NCBI GenBank assembly: GCA_963780225.1
Contig: CAWAAX010000001.1
Span: forward strand, 1-49,317
Direction: 5' to 3'
Origin: an uncultured bacterium
Lineage (GTDB): Bacteria > Edwardsbacteria > AC1 > EtOH8
Length of the DNA stretch: 49,317 nt
Shown: positions 1 to 9,122 of the stretch, piece by piece
How the letters are laid out: every line of letters begins with the position of its first letter
How positions within the stretch are numbered: the stretch's first letter is position 1
Program-made: the position numbers and the translations under genes
The notes under the pieces: generated by a model
Told to the model about the DNA's origin: nothing
The model's input: only the letters and a program-made list of their open reading frames with translations
Databases searched by the model: none

Positions 1-3000
1 TAAAGCAAGTGCTCTGTTTGAAAGGGTTGGGGTAGTTGTATACTCCGTCAATTTTATTTTCTCCCGATAGAGACAATATATGCAAATTCAGTTCCAAAGT
101 GCCCTTATTTGGAGAACCACTATTTTGGGACAAATCGTAAACGGAAAAACGATATTTATGATGACCGCTATCTGAAACAACGGCCCAAGAAGTTTGCCCG
201 GAAACGGTGCTGCCATTTTCAAATACAAAACCGGCGCTGAGATTATACAACGGTGGTTTATTGTCAACAAATAGTTGTATCTGATCGGTTTGGATGGCCG
301 ATAAGGGATTTATATTAAGCCCCCTATCATCACTGATCTTAACAATCAATTGTGATAATTTGCCAACTATATCCCCGTCGACCAATTTGATGCCATTGTT
401 CCACACCTCTATGATTGGTCTGGTCGTGTCAGTCGTGTCTGGGGCCGCCGTCCCTCCTATCCAAAGGTTGCCACCCAAGGCACCACTGGCATCTGTGTTT
501 GGCCCCCAAGCGTAAACACCCAAACGGGCACCAGCGACAACCAAGCTGCTGTCCATGATTGAAGTCATATCTGGCAAAATGAAATTGGCATTTAAGCTGT
601 CACTTTGCACAAGTGCGCTAAACTTGATTATCGGTTGACCCGGAATTTTAAATTTAAGCGAGTGGGTAAAATCAGAACTGTCGGTTCGGGTAGCATCATA
701 AAGCGTGAGAAGGGCCTGGCCATTTAAGAAACTGGGCAATCCGTTTATTTTGCCGTTTACCGAATAAAGCCCCCGGCTTTTCAGTGTGTCTTCGCTTAAC
801 TCCAGGCTACAAGTGCCGGCCGGCTTGGATAGATATAAAGCCGGATCGCCCATCAGAATATAAAGCGGATTATCAAAAGTAAATTTACTATTATACACTG
901 CCTGCCCGATGTCATATGATTTATTAAACAAACCGTAATATATGAGTTTAACCAGCGTACCATTCCCGGAAGAATAAGTTCCCCGGGTTGCCCCGACTGT
1001 GGCAATGGCTCCCCCTCCGTTTTTAACCACCAGGGAAGTACCTATGGACTCGTAACGGTTCATGTCGAATCTGGAGGTTCCGCAAGTTCCCATGAGCACC
1101 AGCGGCAATTTGTCGCCGTTGACCAGATTGGCTACGTCCGTATCGCGAAAATACCATTCATGGCCCCAGACCCAATAGGCGCCGTGACCGAAGAAGTTGA
1201 TGATACCCGCTCCCTGATTCCAGTTGCGGATCAGGGCATTGCGGGCATCGGGCTTATGGTTGTCCGAAGCCATGGGATATTCCCGCATGACCCCATATAC
1301 TTTTGTTATGTTGTAACTGTTTGGGATTAGGTATTGAGCCAGATATTCCGAATCGGTGGTATGAATCGTTTCACCACCGTAGATGCCGCTGGTGATAAAT
1401 TCATCATCAGCCATCAAAATGGCCTGATTGTGCCACTGGGCATTACTGGTCGAAGTTTTATAGCAGGAAGCTTTATTAACTATAGTCCAAGCTTCGACGG
1501 CATTTTTAGCAGGTATCCTGGCCAGTATCAGCTGGGGGATTGTGGTCGAATCCAGATATACATACCAATCATCAAATGATTTGAATAAATACTCCCCAAG
1601 TTCATAATACAACCCATCCTCTTGATGGGTTGGTATAAAGTTATGTCTACCCCATGTTTTATCAATTTCCCTGTAATCATAACTGCCGTCACCGAATAAG
1701 AGGCATCTTTTGGGGCTGCTGCCGCTCGAGTTCAGATAAATACAATCCAAAAATTTGCGGATAGCTGAGGGGTCTTTAAGACCGAAACTGAATTCATTAT
1801 ATATCCAGGAAAGTTTTACCGCTGCCATTGGCTGAAGGCGGGTTTCGCCGGCATGTATTGTCAGCAACGCCTGGGCCTGGGGCCAAAATTCATCGGCGGT
1901 TATTATCAGGTAATTAGCAGTTAAATATTTTTGTCTGAGAGACTGGGGTACATAAGGTTCTATTTTTACCGGTCGTTGCCATCCGGGACTGGCGGCGGCC
2001 CAGTAAAGCCGGCTTTTTTGCCAGGCATCCTCAAATTCAGCATATGATTGATAAATGCGGTCGCTCTCAATAGTAACCGGCTTTTCGGGGTTGCTGATAT
2101 CCAGGATCATCAGGCTGTCGCTGGCAAAACCGGTCAGGCGGTACCGGTACTGTTGTCCGATTAGGGAATCGGACCGGAATTTCAAGTTGTAATTAAAGGC
2201 TTGATAATTACGGCGATAATAAACTTCGAACCAATTTAAATACACAATATCCAATGTGTCGGCAGAACTTCTGTCCAATTGCAGGTTCAAAATGTTGGAA
2301 GAAGCTGGTAGTTGCGTCATAATCAGTGAATCATCATACGCTCCGGACAAAGGGGTGCCGGTCCATATCTTTTGATTGTACAGGATGCCGTTAACGCCCC
2401 AGTTCAAATGATGATTACTTTCCGTACCAGAACGGTAATTGATTTTTACTACGGCTATCCCAGAGACGGCATAAGATAAATCAAATGACAGGCTATAGTC
2501 GTGGTAATCTTCCACCGTCATCCGTTTCAAACTTAACCAGTACCAGAGTTCTCCTGAATTGAAGGGGTTGAAAGAATCCTGTTCAAAATGCAAAGTATCT
2601 GTAAAACTTTTGGGAATGATATAATTTAATGATATCGGCCGGCAGTCTCGTTCGGCCATCCTTAAACCTGTGGAACCTCCCCAGCATAGCCAGTAGCAAT
2701 TGGTGTCGCCATAAGGATTATAAAAATGGCCGTTAAGTAAGGCACTGTTTTTATCCCAACCGGCCAGGCTTTGGCCGTAAAATATGATCTGGTCTCCGGC
2801 GTCAAACTTACCATCCTGCTGCCCTTTAACAAAAATATTCATCTGCTTTAAGGTATCTGTCGCCGGGCTGTAGGCCTTTGAAAAGGGCCGCGATCCGCCG
2901 TTGTAAATTTTTATGGTCCGGGGATCAATTATGTCGGGGTTGATGCCGTTCCGTTTCAGGTAGTTGTAATCCAGCCGGTATATTCCCTGGTTGACCACCG

Positions 3001-3712
3001 ATAATTTATACCAGACAGGGGCTTGAACAAAAGGATCTTCGACTTTGGCCTCGGATTTGGCCGGCTCCGGCAGCCAGTTCTTTGACTGTGTGTAATTGAT
3101 TATTTGATCGGCCAGGATCGGCCCGTAAACTTCATCATCGCTGTTCAACCCCGAACGTCCGGGAGTATCCCAAGTTACCTCCAACTGTACCTTGCTATAA
3201 ACTCTCAATTTCCTGGAAATCGGGTCGTATTGAGTGGGACAGACTTTTATCAACGCTACCCGGTGGCGCCTGAGCATATCCACCGAGTTAAGCGATACTG
3301 TAGTTTGTGGCGACAAACCTTTGTTGTGGTAAGATTTATCGTTTTTACGATACACGTATTCACCCAGACCGTCCCGTCCATTACCCTCTAAAAATGGGAC
3401 TGGAGCCAGGTCTATGCCGGAATATTCTTCATAAGCTCCTGAGGTCATTTTGACTTCCACTCGGGCGTTCTGGGGAATTCCCACCAGCATCTGCTGATAT
3501 AATCCAATAGGCTGGCCCGGCTCCCCTTCAGTTTGGCAACCGGAGATTTTTGGTATGGTCTGACCCTGGGCGTTCTGAAACAGACTGACAGGGGCTAACT
3601 GACAGGATATCAAAGCGCCTCGGTCGTCAGACTTCAAAAGCGTTATCTGGGCCATGACTGGAATAGACAAAAGCCCGAGAGTACCGATGATTACGATTAG
3701 TTTTTTTGTCAT
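1..3712 (-). CDS. C25 (gingipain-family) cysteine peptidase, PorU-like T9SS sortase; 3' end runs off the window (>1237 aa)
   Basis: Not in the ORF track because there is no stop in the window. ATG at 3712; signal peptide MTKKLIVIIGTLGLLSIPVMAQ; PorU-like WYKLSVVNQGIYRLDYNYLKRNGINPDIIDPRTIKIYNGG; catalytic NFFGHG...LPLVLMGTCGTSRFD (~1200-1070); YNYPNPF near 40-20. The segments checked are all in one frame. Confidence 0.85.
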   Translation of the reverse strand, partial: MTKKLIVIIGTLGLLSIPVMAQITLLKSDDRGALISCQLAPVSLFQNAQGQTIPKISGCQTEGEPGQPIGLYQQMLVGIPQNARVEVKMTSGAYEEYSGIDLAPVPFLEGNGRDGLGEYVYRKNDKSYHNKGLSPQTTVSLNSVDMLRRHRVALIKVCPTQYDPISRKLRVYSKVQLEVTWDTPGRSGLNSDDEVYGPILADQIINYTQSKNWLPEPAKSEAKVEDPFVQAPVWYKLSVVNQGIYRLDYNYLKRNGINPDIIDPRTIKIYNGGSRPFSKAYSPATDTLKQMNIFVKGQQDGKFDAGDQIIFYGQSLAGWDKNSALLNGHFYNPYGDTNCYWLCWGGSTGLRMAERDCRPISLNYIIPKSFTDTLHFEQDSFNPFNSGELWYWLSLKRMTVEDYHDYSLSFDLSYAVSGIAVVKINYRSGTESNHHLNWGVNGILYNQKIWTGTPLSGAYDDSLIMTQLPASSNILNLQLDRSSADTLDIVYLNWFEVYYRRNYQAFNYNLKFRSDSLIGQQYRYRLTGFASDSLMILDISNPEKPVTIESDRIYQSYAEFEDAWQKSRLYWAAASPGWQRPVKIEPYVPQSLRQKYLTANYLIITADEFWPQAQALLTIHAGETRLQPMAAVKLSWIYNEFSFGLKDPSAIRKFLDCIYLNSSGSSPKRCLLFGDGSYDYREIDKTWGRHNFIPTHQEDGLYYELGEYLFKSFDDWYVYLDSTTIPQLILARIPAKNAVEAWTIVNKASCYKTSTSNAQWHNQAILMADDEFITSGIYGGETIHTTDSEYLAQYLIPNSYNITKVYGVMREYPMASDNHKPDARNALIRNWNQGAGIINFFGHGAYWVWGHEWYFRDTDVANLVNGDKLPLVLMGTCGTSRFDMNRYESIGTSLVVKNGGGAIATVGATRGTYSSGNGTLVKLIYYGLFNKSYDIGQAVYNSKFTFDNPLYILMGDPALYLSKPAGTCSLELSEDTLKSRGLYSVNGKINGLPSFLNGQALLTLYDATRTDSSDFTHSLKFKIPGQPIIKFSALVQSDSLNANFILPDMTSIMDSSLVVAGARLGVYAWGPNTDASGALGGNLWIGGTAAPDTTDTTRPIIEVWNNGIKLVDGDIVGKLSQLIVKISDDRGLNINPLSAIQTDQIQLFVDNKPPLYNLSAGFVFENGSTVSGQTSWAVVSDSGHHKYRFSVYDLSQNSGSPNKGTLELNLHILSLSGENKIDGVYNYPNPFKQSTCF

Positions 3713-3727
3713 AAAAGATAAAATTAA

Positions 3728-3757
3728 AAGCCGGTATCAATTGACTGATACCGGCTT
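3728..3757 (-). terminator. Intrinsic terminator-like hairpin in the leader of the C25/PorU-like gene
   Basis: Perfect 12-bp stem AAGCCGGTATCA-gtcaat-TGATACCGGCTT followed by a T-rich tail on the minus strand, 15 nt before the ATG. Confidence 0.75.
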
Positions 3758-3914
3758 AATACGGCAAAATTCATTGCCAAAAGAGATAAAGCCGAGCCGA
3801 TATCAGGGTACGGTAAAAAGGCGATTCTGATATTTTCCAAATCCCTGTTTAATCCCTGACATTGAAAGGCTCTAATACAAATATCTCCTTGTAGCTTCTT
3901 TTGTTAACTTAATA

Positions 3915-3943
3915 ACTATAACCTAAAACAGGCGGTTTGTCAA
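3915..3943 (-). promoter_or_regulatory. sigma70-type promoter
   Basis: TTGACA-17 nt-TATAGT on the minus strand. Confidence 0.75.
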
Positions 3944-3980
3944 GAGTTTGCGGTCAAGTTTGTGATGATAATTTAACGGG

Positions 3981-4841
3981 TTATCGAACCAGCAAAGCCG
4001 CATAAATTTCCCAGATGGTTTTCCCGGCCATCAACGCGACCACAGCCCCCATTGCCAAGAACGGCCCGAAAGGAACCATGGCTTTGGCAGGCTGATCCTT
4101 GGGGGTATCTTCAAATATTTCCGAGGTCTTTTTCAATCTGCCCAAAAGCATCAGGGGAACCCCGGCCAAAGTACCCAGCAGGAATGACAGGAACAAGACC
4201 ATCAGCACTGCCTGCCAGCCAACAAAAGCCCCGATGAAGGCCGCCAGCTTTATGTCCCCGCCTCCCATGGCCTCCTGCTTGAATATCTTTTCCCCGCCCC
4301 AGGCCGAAAGCCAGATCAGGCCGCCCCCCAGCAGAACCCCCATCAGACTGTCCAACCAAGGCCAGACGGCGAAAGGGTCATTGTGTCCGAATATTGAAAG
4401 GTTGAAGGACGGGAAAAATGTACCGACCAAACCAAAAACCAGACCCAGGACCATCCCGGGAAGGCTCAGCAGGTCGGGAATGATGTAATGCCTGAAATCT
4501 ATTGCCGAAATAACCAGCAAAGACAATAAAAAAGGCAGATATCCGGCCAGGCGCCAGTCCAAACCGAATTTCAGGTAAGCGGCGGCAAACAACAGACCTC
4601 CGGCAAGCTCCACTAAAGGGTATTGCAGGGAGATCTTCTTGTGACAATGACCGCATTTGCCCCGCAAGAGCAGATAGCTGATGACTGGTATGTTCTGATA
4701 CCATTTGATGGCGGCGCCGCAGTCCGGACAGTGCGATGGCTTAAGTGCCACCTCCTCCTTGCGGGGTATCCGCCAGATGCAGACATTGGCGAAAGAACCG
4801 AAAACAAGTCCGAATAAAAAGAAGATCAATGCAATGGCCAT
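3981..4841 (-). CDS. pilD: Prepilin peptidase (A24 family)
   Basis: GSFANVCIWRIP, CPDC/CGHC Zn motifs, AID and MGGGDIKL aspartate motifs, PFGPFLA; start placed at ATG 4841. Confidence 0.92.
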   Translation of the reverse strand: MAIALIFFLFGLVFGSFANVCIWRIPRKEEVALKPSHCPDCGAAIKWYQNIPVISYLLLRGKCGHCHKKISLQYPLVELAGGLLFAAAYLKFGLDWRLAGYLPFLLSLLVISAIDFRHYIIPDLLSLPGMVLGLVFGLVGTFFPSFNLSIFGHNDPFAVWPWLDSLMGVLLGGGLIWLSAWGGEKIFKQEAMGGGDIKLAAFIGAFVGWQAVLMVLFLSFLLGTLAGVPLMLLGRLKKTSEIFEDTPKDQPAKAMVPFGPFLAMGAVVALMAGKTIWEIYAALLVR

Positions 4842-4860
4842 GAGGTTTAACTTCCGTAAT

Positions 4861-6234
4861 TTAATGTGGATAGATGCTTCCGCCCAGATCGTAATCCCAG
4901 GCCCTGTTGATCCTGACCTCGACAAAGCTCCCCGGAATCAGTTTTTTGCCTGTTTTGATGTACACCTTGCCGTCCACTTCCGGGGCCTCGGCATAACTGC
5001 GGCCGTAATAACTATATCCCGTTTTGTAGGGAACGTGGGATCCTTTTATAACCGGACCCTCCACCAATACCCTGCAGATATGGCCGATCCGGGACATGTT
5101 GCAACTGCCTGAGATCTCACTCTGTAAGGCCATCAACTCATGGAGCCGGCGTTGCTTGAGCGAGAGGCCCACCTGTTTGCTTAATTTGGAAGCCTTGGTC
5201 CCCGGCTCCGGAGAAAAGGCAAAGGCCCCGAGTTTCTCGAATTTCTGCCGGCAAATGAAATCCTGCAGAGAATTGAATTCTGTTTTTGTCTCACCCGGAA
5301 AGCCGGTCATGAATGTCGTTCTTATTGCCAGACCGGGCAGTTCTTTCCGCAGCACAAAGATAAGTGATTCTGTTTTTGTCCGATCAGTTCCGCGGTGCAT
5401 GGCTTTTAGCACCCGGTTCTCGCTGTGCTGCAGGGGTATGTCCAGATATTTTACGGTCTTGGAGCTGTGTTTAAGGGCCCGGATCAGCTTTTGATCATAA
5501 TGGGCCGGATGAGTATACAACACCCTGATCCATTCCAAACCTTTGACCTTATCCAGCAGCAGCAGCAGATCCCCCAGCTTTCTTTTACCATACAGATCTA
5601 AGCCGTAATTGGTGGTATCCTGGGCGATCAGGTTGATCTCTTTGACGCCTTTGCTGACCAATATTCTGGCTTCATCTGCGATATCTGCCATCGTTCGGCT
5701 GCGGAACCTCCCCCTTATCTTGGGGATCAGACAATAGGAGCAATTATTATTGCAGCCGTCTGCTATGCGCAGATAGGCCCAGCCCGGAGCAGTGGTCATA
5801 ATGCGGTCATGGTAGAATGCCGATGGATAATCACAGACGGCTTTGGAGACGGACAGTTTTTTTCCCCCGGTTACGGCGGAAACGATGTCCTTGTAGCCAT
5901 GCACTCCGACCAGGGCGTCGATCTCCGGGACTTGGCGCAACAGTTCCCTGCCCATCCTTTGCACCAGACAGCCCGTGGCCACCAGCCGGAAGCCGGTCTT
6001 TTTCTTTCGCCCGGCCAGGGCCGCCAGCTCGGACAGTGCCTCGTTCACGGACTCCTGCAGGAAACCGCAGGTATTAACAATGACTGCGTCGGCTTGGCTT
6101 AGCGTTCCGGTGATCCGATACCCGGCCCGAAAGAGCTGGCCGATCATGATCTCGGTATCCACCCTGTTCTTGGAGCAGCCCAGCGAAACGATATATGCTT
6201 TGCGGTCAGGCAAAGAGTTTACAGAATCAATCAT
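4861..6234 (-). CDS. rimO: Ribosomal protein S12 methylthiotransferase
   Basis: SLGCSKNRVDTE, NTCGF, radical SAM CNNNCSYC, TRAM domain with APEVDG. Confidence 0.95.
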   Translation of the reverse strand: MIDSVNSLPDRKAYIVSLGCSKNRVDTEIMIGQLFRAGYRITGTLSQADAVIVNTCGFLQESVNEALSELAALAGRKKKTGFRLVATGCLVQRMGRELLRQVPEIDALVGVHGYKDIVSAVTGGKKLSVSKAVCDYPSAFYHDRIMTTAPGWAYLRIADGCNNNCSYCLIPKIRGRFRSRTMADIADEARILVSKGVKEINLIAQDTTNYGLDLYGKRKLGDLLLLLDKVKGLEWIRVLYTHPAHYDQKLIRALKHSSKTVKYLDIPLQHSENRVLKAMHRGTDRTKTESLIFVLRKELPGLAIRTTFMTGFPGETKTEFNSLQDFICRQKFEKLGAFAFSPEPGTKASKLSKQVGLSLKQRRLHELMALQSEISGSCNMSRIGHICRVLVEGPVIKGSHVPYKTGYSYYGRSYAEAPEVDGKVYIKTGKKLIPGSFVEVRINRAWDYDLGGSIYPH

Positions 6235-6237
6235 GTT

Positions 6238-6783
6238 TTATCTTTGATTCAGGATGTCCTTGTATTCGGTGCAATAAGCTTTGCGCTGGCAGGCTGCACA
6301 GTGTTTTCCCATCCATAATTCATCATACTGTTTCATTATCCTGTTCACCAGGTCTTTCTCCGTAGTAATGAAACCTGACTCAAAATTTCTTCTATTGTCA
6401 GATTTGGCCCCCATCCCGGCCCCGGTCAGGTTGGCGCTGCCGGAATAGGCAAACTTTCCGTCAACTATCACCGTTTTAAAATGGACCCTGGGGCAGAGCA
6501 GTCTCTCCAAACCCTCTATCAGTGTGGGATAGCGATCGAAATCCTTCCGGAAGTTCGGCCCAGGCTCCTTGGCATGGATCAGCCTCAGCTCCACTCCGCT
6601 TTGGTAAAGTTCTGACAACACCTTCAAAAAAGGCACCATCCGCTTGCCTTCGGCCACATAAAGATCTTTCAGATCCGAGGTGGCCAGCCACAGGAACTTT
6701 CGGGCCTTTGGGATCTCTTCCTGTATCACCTTTTGGTATATCTGGATATCGGCAATGAATTCCAGGCCGTTGGAAACACTCAT
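6238..6783 (-). CDS. Phospholipase D-like (single HKD) protein with C-terminal Cys cluster
   Basis: HFKTVIVD...GSANLT motif; C-terminal CAACQRKAYC. Confidence 0.85.
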   Translation of the reverse strand: MSVSNGLEFIADIQIYQKVIQEEIPKARKFLWLATSDLKDLYVAEGKRMVPFLKVLSELYQSGVELRLIHAKEPGPNFRKDFDRYPTLIEGLERLLCPRVHFKTVIVDGKFAYSGSANLTGAGMGAKSDNRRNFESGFITTEKDLVNRIMKQYDELWMGKHCAACQRKAYCTEYKDILNQR

Positions 6784-7205
6784 TTACGGGGCCTCACCAG
6801 TTTGCCCCGGGCGCTGGCCAGAACCATACCTGTTTCATCAGCGAGCTCAGAACTGGCTTCAACTATTTTTCCGTTGTCTTTTTCCACCCTGCCGGACAGG
6901 ATGATCCTGCTGCCGATCCTGACCGGCTTTTTAAACCTGACCGTCAGTTCGGCGGTCACCGCTTCGGACGCTCCGCCCCCGCCTTGAACTCCCCCTACAG
7001 CATGGGCCAGGGCCTCGTCCAAAAGCGTGGAGATGATGCCACCGTGCAAAATGTCCTTCCATCCCTGATATTTCTGCTCCGGAACGAACCCGGCCCGGCA
7101 GGTTCCCGGCTGGGGATAAGTGAACTTCAATTGCAGGCCGTCGGGATTGTTTTTTCCGCAGACAAAACAACCGTTATCGTCTATTAAATGATCGTTGTTA
7201 TTCAT
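6780..7205 (-). CDS. PaaI family thioesterase (hotdog fold)
   Basis: CFVCGKNNPDGL, HGGIISTLLDEAL, VTAELTVRFKKPV. Confidence 0.9.
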   Translation of the reverse strand: MNNNDHLIDDNGCFVCGKNNPDGLQLKFTYPQPGTCRAGFVPEQKYQGWKDILHGGIISTLLDEALAHAVGGVQGGGGASEAVTAELTVRFKKPVRIGSRIILSGRVEKDNGKIVEASSELADETGMVLASARGKLVRPRK

Positions 7206-7217
7206 CCTTTATTACTT

Positions 7218-7461
7218 TCAACCGCTTACCAAGATCACTTCTTCATAAGCGGTCAGATCCGCCAGCATTTTCTGCAAAGCCACCTGCTTAAGAGAGACCC
7301 TGTCTTCAACAGCTGTAGGCCGGCTACTGGTATCATTGCAGTCGGGCCCGCTGGGCCGGGGCCTTAATCAGAATATCCCGGTGCTGACCGGAAGTGATCC
7401 GGCCGCATTTCAGCAGCATCTTGGCCACCTGTTCAATTATCAAGTGCGTGGAGACTGTCAT
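7218..7461 (-). pseudogene. Internally deleted remnant of a PilB/GspE-family ATPase gene (N- and C-terminal stubs only)
   Basis: ATG 7461 reads MTVSTHLIIEQVAKMLLKCGRITSGQHRDILIKAPAQRARLQ*. A second frame ends AVEDRVSLKQVALQKMLADLTAYEEVILVSG* at 7218, resembling the PilB/GspE terminal helix motif. Confidence 0.55.
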
Positions 7462-7538
7462 AATGGCTTTCCGGAGAAAAATTGATTTAGCTGGAGATCA
7501 ATTCACAAATATAATTTATTACAAAGTGTTGCAGACAA

Positions 7539-7567
7539 TTCCTGTATTCCTGGTTTCCTTATAAAAA
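7539..7567. repeat. TTCCTG-GTTTCCT repeat family, uninterrupted copy
   Basis: TTCCTGTATTCCTGGTTTCCTTATAAAA; near-identical copy at 42904-42931 and related copies at 15046-15165 and 41249-41393. Confidence 0.75.
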
Positions 7568-7572
7568 TACTG

Positions 7573-8697
7573 CTAAACCATAGTCCTGGGCAGGTCGAAC
7601 TTGATTGGCTCGGGGATAAATACCTCGTGAACGCAGGCCAGCGCATAGCTGTCGGTCATCCCGGCGATATAATCGCTGACGATCACCTCTGCTGGGGTCT
7701 GTTCCTCATCGTAAATAACGGCCAGTTTCTGGACATGCCTTCCAAACCGGCGGAACAACGGCACCGGATCGTTATCGTATTTCTGATAATTCAGGCTGTA
7801 TTTATGATGGATTTGAATTAGTTCATAGAACAAGGTCCGCAATATTTTTTCGCAAAACATCCCATACTCTTCCAGTGGAGCTGAAGTATAGATGTTTCCC
7901 ATGTTAAAATCGTACAAAGCCCGCATCAGCTGGTAATTGCGGTCGGAAAAAGAAATGTCCCCGGTCTTCTGTGATTCGGTGATCAGATCGTTGACCAAAG
8001 TGTCTATGATCTCGCCGTTCTTGCGGCCCAGTATTTCCCGGATATTTCCTGGGATTTCGTCCTCGTTGATGATCCCGGCCCGGATGCCGTCCTCGATGTC
8101 ACGGCCCAGATAGCTGATCTTGTCGGACATCCTCACAATGCATCCCTCATAAGTTCCGGGATAGACCCCAAGTTTTTTAATGCTATTCAGATCGATCTTT
8201 TCCCGGCGGGGCTGGATCTGTTTTTCGTATTTCTCCCCGCAATGACAGATGATCCCGTCCCGCACCCCGTAGGTCAGGTTGAGCCCTGCCCCGTCGTTGG
8301 CCAGACTGTCCACCACCCGCAGGGCGTAAAGCTCGTGGTTGAAACCGCCGTGATCCTTTAACAGGTCGTCCAGCACCTCCTCGCCCCGGTGGCCGAAGGG
8401 GGCATGGCCCAGGTCGTGGCCCAAAGAGATGGCCTGGGCCAGGTCCACATCCAGGCCCAGCACCCGGCAGATGGCGGCGGCGATGGTGGCCACGTGCAGG
8501 GTGTGCTCCATCCTGGTGCAGACGTGGTCGTTGTCGGGAGAGAAGAACACCTGGGTCTTGTGCTTAAGCCGGCGGAAGGGCATGGAATGGATGATGGCCG
8601 TCTGGTCGCGGAAATACGGCCCGCGGATGTCCTCTTCCCGTGGTCTCAGTCTTTGAATATAGGCTTCAGTGGATAACGGGTTTTGCATGTCTTTCAT
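7573..8697 (-). CDS. dgt: HD-domain dGTP triphosphohydrolase-like protein
   Basis: FRRLKHKTQVF, TRMEHTL, GHDLGHAPFGHRGE, DYIAGMTD. Confidence 0.9.
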   Translation of the reverse strand: MKDMQNPLSTEAYIQRLRPREEDIRGPYFRDQTAIIHSMPFRRLKHKTQVFFSPDNDHVCTRMEHTLHVATIAAAICRVLGLDVDLAQAISLGHDLGHAPFGHRGEEVLDDLLKDHGGFNHELYALRVVDSLANDGAGLNLTYGVRDGIICHCGEKYEKQIQPRREKIDLNSIKKLGVYPGTYEGCIVRMSDKISYLGRDIEDGIRAGIINEDEIPGNIREILGRKNGEIIDTLVNDLITESQKTGDISFSDRNYQLMRALYDFNMGNIYTSAPLEEYGMFCEKILRTLFYELIQIHHKYSLNYQKYDNDPVPLFRRFGRHVQKLAVIYDEEQTPAEVIVSDYIAGMTDSYALACVHEVFIPEPIKFDLPRTMV

Positions 8698-9122
8698 TTG
8701 TCTTTCTTAGGAAATGAAGGATTGATGCGGTACATTCCTTTTATTGTCTGCTCCGAATTATAGCCATATTGGGAATAATAGTTTTCGTATTGGGAAGTAT
8801 CTAATAAATGGGTAACGGGGATACCGTTTGAATCACAAAATACAAGCATCTCTTGCATCAAAAGTTTACCAATTCCCTTTTTTCTGTGGATAGGTGAAAC
8901 ACATAGATCAAAAATATAACCGATAGAGTGATAATCCGTCAGTAGCCTGATAAAACCTGATAGTTGCCCTTCAACATAACAGGCAATATAATGATCTGTG
9001 TTCTTGAGTAATGAAGGCAAGACATCACGGTTACGTTCACCCAAACGATTAAAACCTACCGAATCGAATAGATCGGCCAGTTGATTAAAATCAACCGGTG
9101 AGCTGTGTTTTATTTCTATCAT
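8694..9122 (-). CDS. GNAT family N-acetyltransferase (AT-rich)
   Basis: DLCVSPIHRKKGIGKLLM acetyl-CoA motif; ATGA overlaps with both neighbours. Confidence 0.85.
   Translation of the reverse strand: MIEIKHSSPVDFNQLADLFDSVGFNRLGERNRDVLPSLLKNTDHYIACYVEGQLSGFIRLLTDYHSIGYIFDLCVSPIHRKKGIGKLLMQEMLVFCDSNGIPVTHLLDTSQYENYYSQYGYNSEQTIKGMYRINPSFPKKDK

Noticed and set aside
88..3391. Short ORF-track calls in the first 3.4 kb
   Set aside because: All lie within the long minus-strand C25 frame
6238..8697. PLD plus dGTPase as an anti-phage defence island
   Set aside because: Both sit in a housekeeping operon with host-like composition and no other defence or mobility genes
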